A stretch of 64,000 bases of DNA. Origin: Anthoceros angustus (lineage: Eukaryota; Plantae; Anthocerotophyta). This document shows positions 23,170 to 34,625 of the stretch, one piece after another (position 1 is the stretch's first letter; each line of letters starts with the position of its first letter). A program made the position numbers and the translations under genes. The notes under the pieces were generated by a model. It ran no database searches. It had not been told where the DNA came from and saw nothing but the letters and a program-made list of their open reading frames with translations. The stretch spans positions 51,389 through 115,388 of the forward strand of contig MU008231.1 of NCBI GenBank assembly GCA_010909165.1. The letters are read 5' to 3'.

Positions 23170-25980
23170 TGGAAAACCGGGCACTGAGGTCCTCCCACTA
23201 TAGCGCCACACTTATCCCACGCCGCCAGACGCTGGGTTTCGGCCCCATGAGACTTGTGTGAAAGTTCGAGGTCTTGTGACAACCGATCGCCACCGCAGAG
23301 ACACAACTCAGCCTTCTCAACAAAGGCGCCTCTACTCTCCTCTTACAGTTGCACCACTTGCACGCCCGAAAATCGCCAATCCGACCTACAACGATAAAAC
23401 ACAAGGTGGTGTCCCGCCTCAGGAGCCTACCACGGCGCCTGTGGACCCCCGATCCACACCGCGATTTCCCTACTTAAGACCACTTCTCCACTGTGAGCGC
23501 TTTACTTGCAGATTTGGGATTGTCCCTTAGGCTCACTGTGGCCTTCCACTAACACCTACACCTCTAATCCTCTACTCATCTCTCTTCTCATCCTCTTCCT
23601 CCTATTCTAACCTCGATTCGGGCTTCTTGGCTTTACGCACAAGCTGCACAGGGTCGGCCTCCACCCAAGTTCTTCCTTGGGCGGTTGCTATGTGGGTTTG
23701 ACACCAGAGAACCTCCAGTCTTTCCACTGGTACCCTCAAGCCGAGTGTTCGGCATTGCCACACACCCAAAGCAAAGCAATTTCCAGGCAACCATTCACAA
23801 GGGGCAACTCGTTTAGGCACTTGCGGGAGCAAGTCCTCCACTCACCACGCGACTTCCTCTCTAGACTGCGTTGGCTCCACGGCCGGCACGAAATTCCTCT
23901 GTAATGGCAAAGGACTCGATGAGTGGGCGCAAGACGTGATACTTTACTTTGTGAAATCCTCCTCCTCTTATAGGAGGCCTTCCCCATACAACCTCCCTTG
24001 GTGACCCTCTGCGGTCACCTTTTCCAATATTCTATTATTTCCTACACTTGACATTTAAGGCACCTAATCTATTATTATCGATCCTTGGTAAATTCTATTC
24101 TAGTAACTTCACCTAAGATCATCCTTAAAGGATGTCGATCTACACCACCTATTCTTCCATCTAAGCTCATTTATGGTCATTGACCATTCTTAGTCCCTTG
24201 GTGGTGGCCTCCTTGTGGATTGGCTCCCTCGCCCTCCTTTGCTCTTCCCTTCCCGATCTTGTCGCCTTCCTAATGTGTGGGGCAAGTACAATCTGCCCCT
24301 TCCTCCATCTCCAGCGGGCGGCCTTCCTCTTCCATGAAGCGCCCCTCGCGCTAGGCGCCCTTTTCTCCTCCGCGCGCGCCCGTTCATCCACCCTACGCGG
24401 TAGTCGCGGACTACGGGGTGCCTACCATGGTAGTCGGTCTATCTCCTTCTTCTCTTCCTCTCCATCGGTGATGTCTCAGGTGATCCTCTTTGCTCTCCTT
24501 CCTTCTGTTTGGTTTGTCCATACCTATCATGGAGCATGTCTTCAAAGTCTTCCCCATCGGGATGTCTAACTCCGGGCCTTTTGCGTTGGTCTCCTCTCGC
24601 CTGGCTCCTCCCTTATCGTGGGGAGAACTTCTCACCCTCCCCTTCCTCGTGGGTCGGACCCCGTCCTTAGTCTCCTCGGTGGGGTTGTCTCCCCACCACC
24701 ACTCCTCAGGGGTATACTCGGACCCCGGCTCCTTCATCGGCCGGGCCTTGGCGGCCCGACTCCAGGCTCTGCGCCCGGCACGCCCTACCCGGTGATGGCG
24801 GACTACCGGCGTATGTGTGTCTACCCGCAGTCTGGCGGACTACCGTGGTGAGGTCACCCTCGTGGTAGGTTGACCCCGGAGGTGGGCTCCCCTCCTTGCT
24901 CTCGCGCCATCTTCCACCTTTGGCTCACGCTCCCTCATCTCCGACTCCTCAGTTCCTCGGAGTCCATTTTGATGGCCTCATCAAAATCGGAGGCCTCAGC
25001 TTTTTATTGCTCCTTTGTCATCATCATGAGGACCCAATGTCCTCCTCTTGGCCAAGCGCAAGACTCATTGTTGGCCTTCAAAATCTATTGTGGAGGTGAG
25101 CCCCAAGCTATGATATTGCATTTGGAGATCATCAACTCCGTGGGCCACTCTCCATCTTCACACCTACCTTTGTAGGCATCCCTTGAGGTGGTCAATTCCC
25201 CACCTTGACATGGAGGGTCCTCCTCACTCCCGCACTTGGCCATCTTTGAAGGGCATAGTCCGCCCAAAATCTCCGCTTCTCACCACCAAGATTCTGTGCA
25301 CCACCTTCTTGTGGTGCTCCTCCTCGGAACCTCCTTTGTTCCAGGCCACCGCTTGGCAAGTCTCTCCTCTCTCCCAAGCACTCTCAAGGCCCAACTCTTG
25401 CAGTCTTAGGTCTTGAGCCTCCAGCTCCGAGCGCCTCTCTTCCAGATTGTACCGGGTCCGCCGCAATTCTTCTCTCATGTCCCGGTTTTTGATGGCTTGG
25501 GTAGCCATCACCGCTCTGCGGCGTCCCGGACCGCTTCTCCCTTCCTAGAGCCTCTTTGCCCTTTCTTGCTCCAATTGGGCAAAATGCTCCTCCGCCTTTT
25601 GCCTCCATGAGTCCTTGGGTTGTTGCCGAATAGGCTCTTTCTGCTGAACCTTCCTCCAGATTTTTCCCCGCTCATCCATGAGGTCCGGAGCTTCTCCAGC
25701 CCCTTTCCAACTTGGCTCTCGCTCGGACTCCATGGCCTCCAATTGCCATTTAGTCCCCGCCTCCGCCATGTCTTGGGATTTCACTCCTCTTGGCATGCCC
25801 ACAAGGAGGCTGCTAGCTCCTAGCCCTTCACACGGCCGAGTGCTTCACAAGCACTCAAGAATTCTCCTAGGGGTCAAAGTCCAGCTTTTTGCCGGAAATT
25901 CCAGCTCTCCCGCACTGGACCATCGCACGGCGCGGTCCCTCACCGCCGCCTCCATCCGCTCTTCCTCCGCTGCCTCGTGA
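23170..25980 (-). repeat. Truncated LTR of the same family as the 36996-53253 element
   Basis: Colinear with 37020-39870 and 48250-51120 (e.g. GTCCTCCCACTATAGCG, CATGAGACTTGTGTGAAAGTTCGAGG, GGCCTCATCAAAATCGGAGGCCTC). Confidence 0.85.
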
Positions 25981-26431
25981 TTTCATACTCCTGAGCCCGC
26001 TTCCGTATCCGCTCATGTGGAGAGACGCCTTCAAGGCCTCCGCCACCGCTGTCCAAACTTGGCTCCACGGCCCCGCCGACAAACCTCAAGAATGCAAATT
26101 AGAGAGAGCAATGGTGGCAGTGCACGCAATGAGCTTACCGCCGCCGGAGCCCGTAGCACCGCCGCAAACAAGCAGCTTTTGAGATGTGCGCCGAATCACA
26201 CGTGAGGTCGCCACACACTGACGGCATGGACAAAACATGTAAACCTCATTTGTAAATCGGGGCATCTTGCACGTGGTCCCGACTTGTCGACGACAAGCAG
26301 AATCAGCGGCACGCACAGTAAACCTATGAATGCAGACTGCAGACCGTGAATTCATGTCCAATTCACAACGACTCCATCGACATTGTAGGTGCAGTATCAC
26401 GCCGCAGCGCACGCCACCTCCAAATCGAGAA

Positions 26432-26855
26432 NNNNNNNNNNNNNNNNNNNNNNNNNNNNNNNNNNNNNNNNNNNNNNNNNNNNNNNNNNNNNNNNNNNNN
26501 NNNNNNNNNNNNNNNNNNNNNNNNNNNNNNNNNNNNNNNNNNNNNNNNNNNNNNNNNNNNNNNNNNNNNNNNNNNNNNNNNNNNNNNNNNNNNNNNNNNN
26601 NNNNNNNNNNNNNNNNNNNNNNNNNNNNNNNNNNNNNNNNNNNNNNNNNNNNNNNNNNNNNNNNNNNNNNNNNNNNNNNNNNNNNNNNNNNNNNNNNNNN
26701 NNNNNNNNNNNNNNNNNNNNNNNNNNNNNNNNNNNNNNNNNNNNNNNNNNNNNNNNNNNNNNNNNNNNNNNNNNNNNNNNNNNNNNNNNNNNNNNNNNNN
26801 NNNNNNNNNNNNNNNNNNNNNNNNNNNNNNNNNNNNNNNNNNNNNNNNNNNNNNN
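26432..26855. other. Assembly gap (424 N)
   Basis: Run of N. Confidence 1.
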
Positions 26856-27755
26856 GGCGGCGGGGCCGGCCGGCAGGAGCTCGGGCGGGTCCCGCCTGTG
26901 TAGACGGCGTCGCCTGCGAAGGCGCGCCAGCGCGCGATCGCGGTCGACTTGAGAAACAGTCCGGACGTCAGGCTGGCGCCGGTCCTGCGGTTCGCGAGAA
27001 ACCTCGTCATCGTTCGTCGCCCTTCGACTCTAACCCTTACACGCACCATTGGTGGCCACTGCGATGTCCAATTGGCAAAGGGTTTGCACATGCCGCGCCA
27101 CAACTCGTCTGACCCCCCGAACCGCCCCATGGCAGCTCCGCTTCTTGCATGACATCCTTGGACAAAACAATGTTCATGAAAGTTTGCGAGCTCTCAACTT
27201 GTCCGCAACTTGCACACTTTGTAGACTCCTCATAGGCTGATGTTCTCGAGCTTGATTTGTGGCTTTTCGAGTCCGGCTTCCTCCCCTTAGCACTGCGAAA
27301 TCTCTTGAGCGAAGTGTAGAAACGCCTCAAAATCCTCCTCCTCCCCACTAAAGTGGCCAGTCCTCATAAAGAAGGACCCTAACTCCCGAGCAACGCTGCA
27401 GCCTTCGTCGGAGGGCTCCCTTAACCCGGAGGTGTCGAGCAACTCCTTCGGCTCGACACGCCTTGACCTTTCGATGGGCGACAAGCGTGATGATCACGGC
27501 GGCTCCTTGCAGTGCCACCCGAACTTCATGTGTCTCTGACTGATTTTCTTGAGACCACGGATGCACAATCTCTCATAAGCGGTGTGAGATGGCAACAATT
27601 CTTCCAGCGCATTGTTGATCATTGTCCGTTCACTTGGTTGAGCTGGTGTTTGTTGATCATTGCCCCCCACAGCATGGTGACAGCTGTCACTCTACTAGCC
27701 GATGGGTGAGGAGCACTGGGTGGCAATCGCCACACCTGCCGCATGTTTAGCTCAC

Positions 27756-30700
27756 GTGGCGCGACTTTTGTTGACCAGCGGGCGCGCACAATCCGTGTCG
27801 TTGTGGAAGGAGTCCGTTCCCAAAGGGAATGTGACAGCTCCGTTTGCCGTTGGTGATTCTCGTCTTACTTTGCGTCCGTTATTTCGCGCACACATTCGCC
27901 GATTCCGTCTAACTACTACGCGTTCGCACACGGGCGGTATGGCCAAGCGTTTGAGACCCGTTCGCGTCCGTATCGTTCACGTTCGTCCTCACCACCTCGT
28001 CCGTTCCTCTCTCCACTCACTACACTTATCGGTCTTAGGAAGGGCCGGGTTACGATCCGGACCTCCTCCTCGTTCGGGCCTCTCGTCCAAGACTCTGGCC
28101 CTCCAGTCCCTCGGCTCCGTTCGGTCCGTTCGGCGGGCGCGCTGGGCGAGCACGTCGATCACCCTCCCACCGCGTTAGGTCGTCACGGGACCACAGTCAA
28201 TCTCTCGGGATCGTGCACCTTTCGGTGACTCGGGACTCACGTTAGCAGAAGACACACAAGGTGAGTGAGCGGCATCAACACCAAGAGAAGATGATTTATT
28301 GGCGTGACCCTCTTATACTACGAGTCGGCGTCTTTATTACACCTATTACGGTGATGGCATTTCGGTATACCGGCCGCCTACCATCCTATTCCTCCCCTAT
28401 CTCCTTCGTCGGTGGTGGGAAGGTCCGGGTTCCCTTGGGATTGGTGGTCCAATCTCCCGTCTGGCGATTTGCGGCGCGCAATCGGATGATCCGGGCGGGA
28501 CCTCCTCTCTCCGGAATCACAGCCGGGTTGGGCTCGTGGCGTCGGCGCCGTTACCCTACGTCATCCTCCACGGCCTCCCGTGGGTCCCCCTCGGTGGGGC
28601 CTATCTGCTCCCCTAAGCGTAAGTCGAGAGGGGCTCCTCCTTCTTGCCGTCGGACCAGGTCGGTCTCGACTCAGTCTGAACTCCAGGGAGTGTCTTATTT
28701 CACAGTCCGGTCTGGGTCGGCCTCGTCTGAGGTTCGGACCTCGGGGTCGAACTTATTAGTCCGGTCCCCAAGCTCCGGACCCCTTATCTGGACCTCGTCT
28801 TGCTGGGTCCTCATCCCTACCCAGGCCCTTGTCTTGGGTCGGGTTGGCTCCTCCCGCCCCTTTCGGGCCGTCACCTCCTTCTCCGGCGGGTTGCGGTGAA
28901 CTTACCACAGGGTCCGTTCGTCTCGCTCCTCTTGAGGCTCTTCTCCCCGTGCCGTCGTCTCAAGCAGGGGCCACTAGAGTCCCGTCTTTGTCCCATGCCC
29001 TTCTTCCCCTCACCTTCCGGGGTCCGTCTGCTGGAGGGAGGCCTCTGAGGGCTCGGTGGTAATAGGCAAAGTCCGAATCCACTTGTTGGATTGCCTCTTC
29101 CACGTGTGCGGGCACCGATACTCCGCCATAGGTGCTCGGGTAGCGTCTTTGCCTTGGACCACCTCCCGGTTTGATAAACGGGCGTGCCGCGGTACATCTC
29201 TCTCCTCCTGGCCGTGTTGTTGCTCCACTGCTCCAACTCCCGTCGCTTGGCTGCTTACCCGGCCATGTGTTCCCCTTCCTTCCTCAAGCTGGACCGGGCT
29301 TCTTATGCTTCCGGTGCTCGCCTCTCGTCCATTACGTAACTCCCATCTCCCTCTCAGACGGTCGCACTCTGCGGTGCGGGCTTCCCGGGCCCTTCTCCAT
29401 CTCGGCGTCCACTCCTGTTCCATCGGTCGCCTCAGTCAGCAGTGGAGCCGCTCTATTTCGTTCGCGTTCGACCGTCCTGGACCATTCCTCTCAATGGTAG
29501 TTTGGGCTGACTCAAGGTCTCCTTGCGGTCTTCCATCTCACTGTTCTTGCTCCACCTCCGGGGAGTCAGGAGATCCTCCATCTCCTCCTTGTCATGGCTT
29601 CACAGGCTGGTGGTCGCTTGCTCCGCGCCTCCTGCTCCATCTTGAGGTGGGCGCTCTATCTCACTCGAAGTCTTGGATTCTCTCGTTGAGAACCCCTTGC
29701 TTGCTCCGGCGTCTTGGGTTGTAACTCCAAGGTGTCCTGTCCTCCGGCTCCTGCCGCCTCCCTACCTCCTGCCTGCGCCAGGGTCCCCGATTTCCGGGTC
29801 TTGGCCTCAGTGTTTGCAGCTCGTCCGTGCTTGCTCTCTTCTGCTGCTCGGCCTTGATTGGCCGTGGCTAGCCTCCTCCAGTTCGATCAGCGATAGTGAT
29901 CGCGGTCGCTTCTTGTGGCCCGCCTCCACAGCCACCTTCACACAGGCTTCTCGCTTGGCGGTCTGGTCGGGCCGCCTCGCGGTCCAGAGCCCTCTCACTT
30001 GCGGGCCTCTTCCGCCTCTGCGCTACCCCTCACTGCGAGGTCCTCGGCCCGCTTGGGCCTCCTTAGCACCTTGTGCTCCTCGGTGAAGGAATTTAGTCCG
30101 GTCCTTGCGGATGGACGGACTTCCCTCTCGGCCTCCCGTTTTCCTCAATCAAGCCGAGGCTTGGCCTTCCCTTGCCTCCTGGGCCCCTCAGCCCCTCACG
30201 GAGGAGTACCATCGCCTCGGGTGGCTTCTACCTCCACAGGTCTTCTCGGCCATCCAGAGACCCCAAAGCATCTGTCCATGGCGGTAGCAGGACCGCCGTG
30301 TTTCTTCCCGGTGAGGCTCCCACAAAGTCCGTAGTGGGGCCGGCATCCGCGAGGACCTCCATCTGTGTCGGAGTAAGTCGGTGGGTTCTCGGACCTAATC
30401 GGGACCCTTAGGTCTGAGTCTTGACTCAGGAGCTTCACCCTCCTTGGCCCTTTTGGTCGAGCCCTTCTCTCCGCCTTTTTCTCCCTGGGCCTTGAGGAGG
30501 TGAGGGGTCCGGAGCAAGCCTTTTGCCCCTTCCTCCGGAGACAGACTGCCCGGTGCGGCCGCTGCTGTCCTCGCCTCCTCGGGCGGCCTTTCTCGCCTCC
30601 TTACCGCCCTCCGCTTGCCACCTGCAAGGTGGGTACTGCACCGCCCGAGGTGTCAGACGCCTTGCGCTCTTCGCCTCCCGGTCCGGGCTCCGGGCCGTGG

Positions 30701-32177
30701 TTGTGGCCGTGGCCGGGCTATTGAGCTGGGGCCGCCTCGCCTGGACCGGGCCGCCTTGACTGAGGAGGGAAGCGGGATTTCTCCCATACTGGGTGGTGAG
30801 GGGTCCGCTCTGCACGATGGAGTCCGGACCTCCCGCTGCCCTCCTCCCGGTCCGCTTGGCCTTCGAGGTCGGCCTCCACCGGGCGCCTTGCCCGCCTCCA
30901 CTTCCAGGGCCTCCACCTTCCCGAGCGCCGCCAAGCCTCCTCCTTCAGAGTCGAAATGTCCCCATACATGGATCGTATGGGGATGCCTGATGGCGAGGGC
31001 TTCTGCCCGAGCTATGCCTCGACTAAACCGGCGAAGATAATCCTTCCCCACCCCGCCTCTTCCCCGCCGAGCGCATGCAGAATACTATCAGTTATCACCA
31101 AGGTGATCCACCTTGGTGAGCGTGTTCCAATGGACAATGATCCGGCTACCGCCCTTACTCGACCGTCCAAAGAGGTCGGATATCAACCACCGCTGGTCCT
31201 CTGTGCCTCAAAGATCGCTGCCGGCCCTATCTTCCCTTCGCCTTGAGGGGCCCGACCACCACCCCTTCTTCCTCCTTTGGGCGGTTGTAGGCCGCCTCAG
31301 ACCTCCAAGGTCCATCGCCTGGGTCCTCCCGAGGTTCTTGACCGCACCTCCTTGTTGACCGCCGCCAACATCTTCCGGCGAACTCCCGACCAGAGTGACC
31401 TGCCGAACGTCTGCATCCTCGAACATCCAGTGCCACCTCCACTAATTCTCCCGCCTCCGCCAGGCCCAAAGTCCGATAGCGCCGGTCACAATGTTGCGCC
31501 ACGAGGTTCCATGGCTCCCAAACTTCCGCAGCTTTTTGGGTGCCATCGCCTGCCTCCCTTCCGCCAGAGCCGCCGACCGAGTTCACCGGGCACGGCGCGC
31601 GCTCGCCGCTGCCGCCTCCAACCCCGCAGGAACACGCCGAAGGTGCTTGGGCGCCAAAGAGATAGCGCCAGAGCCGGTTGCGAGCGCAAGAGACCGCGAG
31701 AATTGTCTCGAGGTCGCAGTAAATGACCTTCCTTCGCGCCGGAGTAACTGGGAAGGCGCCTCTTCCTCGTCCAGAATCGCGAGGTCCGCATGGCTTATTC
31801 TCGACCTTACGCCTCCGCTTACTCGCCTTACGCCGCCACAGCCGGCACGCGGGCGTGAATACCGCTATAACGGCCGGCAGGGCTACGGCTGCATCTGCCC
31901 ACTCGTGGCCGCCCACGTGGCGCCGCCTACCGTCCCTCACGGCTCAACTTCTAAGTTTCCGGCGATTTATCCCGCTTGACTGGAGTGGGTCCGGACTTAT
32001 CCTGCTACTCGACGTAGTCCGCGCCATAGTAGGTCCGGCACGCTCCTCCCCGGAGTATACTCCGAGTGCACCGAGTGCTATCCGTGCTTATTCCTCCTTT
32101 CGCCTTATTTTATCCTCCGCCCTACAAAAACAAAACCCTACTTATTTCTTAACCCCAAGGGAAGTCCGTAGTCCACA
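27756..32177 (-). mobile_element. ~4.4-kb solo LTR (family X/Y) containing a degenerate ORF
   Basis: On the + strand it begins (T)GTGGCGC and ends GTCCACA; flanks CTCAC/CTCCC (4/5 TSD match); homologous to 34626-36995 plus 53254-53332; minus-strand ORF pieces include KDYLRRFSRG..HPHTIHVWGH and TLPEHLWR. Confidence 0.65.
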
Positions 32178-34625
32178 CTCCCTCTGCCATCTCCAACGAC
32201 GCCTTCCAAGCGTGCGTATACTTCGGCATGTCGGCCCGTCGTTGCGCGTTGGAGCCATCTCTTGGGTTGTTTGCCAGCAAACCACTTAGGATCCTGGTGA
32301 CAAGTGTGTCGTGAGCCCGCGAGCCTTCGTGACCTGGAGCAGAGGAGGCGGTTTATGCCCCATCATCTCCCTTGGCGAAGAGGTATGGAGGGTTTGAATT
32401 TTAAATGTCAAGTGAGTTCCCACCAATAAACTCTTTGACAAAACTAGACTCCCTCTTCCATTAAGAGAACATCTCACATTCAAATTTTGATCGATATTCT
32501 CTCCCCGTTTTTGATGTGGACTCACCGCATATCTAGTGGTCCGTATACCTTCAAAGGGAATATCCAGAATATAGTTCAAAGCCTAATCCTACTTATTTTG
32601 CGCTGGAATTTTTGTGTACTTGACATTTGGGTGACTCTTAGCTGCAAAGTTTCAAGCCATTAGGATCAAAATTACAATATTTAAAATTTTCCTTCAATAA
32701 CATGTCCACATGTGGACAAAAAACGTGTTGCATCCGTTGCACTTGTATGGAACACCAAAGCTTGCATCTACCCAACTCCACATGAGAAAAACCAGATGGC
32801 ACGGATGTGTTCACGGTCTCAATTTGGAGTCGCCTCGGGTGGTGGAAGGCTATGAGAAGGTGTGCATGTGGGCGTGCAGTTGATGTGCACACCCATATGT
32901 GTGGGGAGGGAGAGGGTAGGTGGTGCTCCAAGTCATGGAGGCGGCAGGTTGCCGGGTGCATCATCGGTTTGTCACAGAGCAAGTTTGGAGGATGATGGGC
33001 GTTGCTGTCTTTGCCTAAGCGACATCGGCCGAGCAGGAAAGTTTGGGAGCTTACTTGCGAGAAAGGTTGGGTCTTGGGTTCTGGGTTGAGCAAAGGAGCT
33101 ACGTAATATTCATGCACCAAGCGGATTGAGGCACTCAGGAGAATTGGCGTGAACACATCGTCGTCCTCAGTTGAGGCGCAAGGGAGAAATTGTATTGTAC
33201 GCCATGTTGGGAGAGCACTTGTTCACACGCCGGTGGTGCGGAAGGTGGTGGAGAAATTACCTCGGCACCCAAGGCTAATTTGGATTGGTGGGAACTTGCA
33301 GACGTCATTGCGGGAGGCGGTTTCTGGCCGGATGTGGGAAACACATATATGTGCAGAGGGCCCTATTGGGATCAACGTCGTTACCTTATGGGTGGCCCAG
33401 TTATGCGTTAAGGTCCATGCTTACACCCATCTGACATGTGCATTGTCACTATTGTAAAATTGAATGAGGCGAACTTCTACGGTATCGATCGAGGCTTTGT
33501 TCCTCACCCAGGGTGGACCATTTCTTGCATGTCTGATTTCAAAGTGAATGGCGAAGGCCATTACGACTCGGAGGCGGCATGATCGTTGAGGCACCCTTCA
33601 CCTTGGCGGAGGATGACTTCATGCCTTGTTGGCGGGGCGATCACATGGGTACCTATTCGAATAAGGAGCCTTGGAGCCGGTGATGGAGGTATATGAAGGC
33701 GAGTTCTTTATGCACAAGAGCTCAATGAAGATAGGAGTTTGGCGTGGGAGGTGAGTGTACTGCCGTTGTTGTTCTTGTCGGCATTTGGTATGGTCGCAAA
33801 CCATGATGGTTTTGCAGCCGGGCTCGAGAAAATGTGGTTTGCCTTTGTTTACGTTTTCATAAAGTTCCAATCTTCAATCGACCATTGGAAGCATGACGTG
33901 TGGGAGAGCGATGTTGTATGCAGGCAGTGGCTAATCTTGTGGCGCCGCCATTCTGAGGTCTCAAGCCCACAGAGCTCTGCTTTTTGTCTCCATCTTCATA
34001 CTCATAACAGCGTAACTGGAGTCGCTTACACCTTCTAAGAACAGCAATGTATTCGGCGTGACAATCGAACTATTGATCCTGTTATCCTCAGCATACTGCA
34101 ACGGACATCCGGCATAGTCAGCAACCTTACCGTATGACTGACCGTCTGCGCGGGTACATTGTCCATCTCGTATGGGTTGGATCGTACATGCCACTTAGAA
34201 AATACGGTTTTAGGAACAACATCACCATGTCACGGTTTTCCACAAGGCACGTCCGGGCCGGGATACCCGTACAAGACAAAAGCAGGCCGTCTCCGTGGAG
34301 AACCGCCCACCGGGTGCGAGCAGAGTGGAACCCACCAAGTGGATGTGGCGTGAGGTTTCGGCATATTTTAAGGGAAGGTGCATGAAAAAGCGAGCATGAC
34401 AAGAGGCGGCGGACCACGCGTGGGAGGGCTTGGATGAACATAATTACAAAGGCGGTTCACAGGCCCGATCGACAATGGAACTAGAACGGGACCTCGGCTC
34501 CGGTGTACCAAGTAGTGAAACTATTTTTACTATAGATAAGTGAAAGAGGGGCGGTGCGGTTGGAGGAAGCATCTTGCACCCATTCAAGTAGAGAAAAGTG
34601 AGACAATGTAACAAACTTAGGCTTG

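Noticed and set aside
26330-27130. Long ORFs spanning the N run
   Set aside because: Artefacts of translating the gap.
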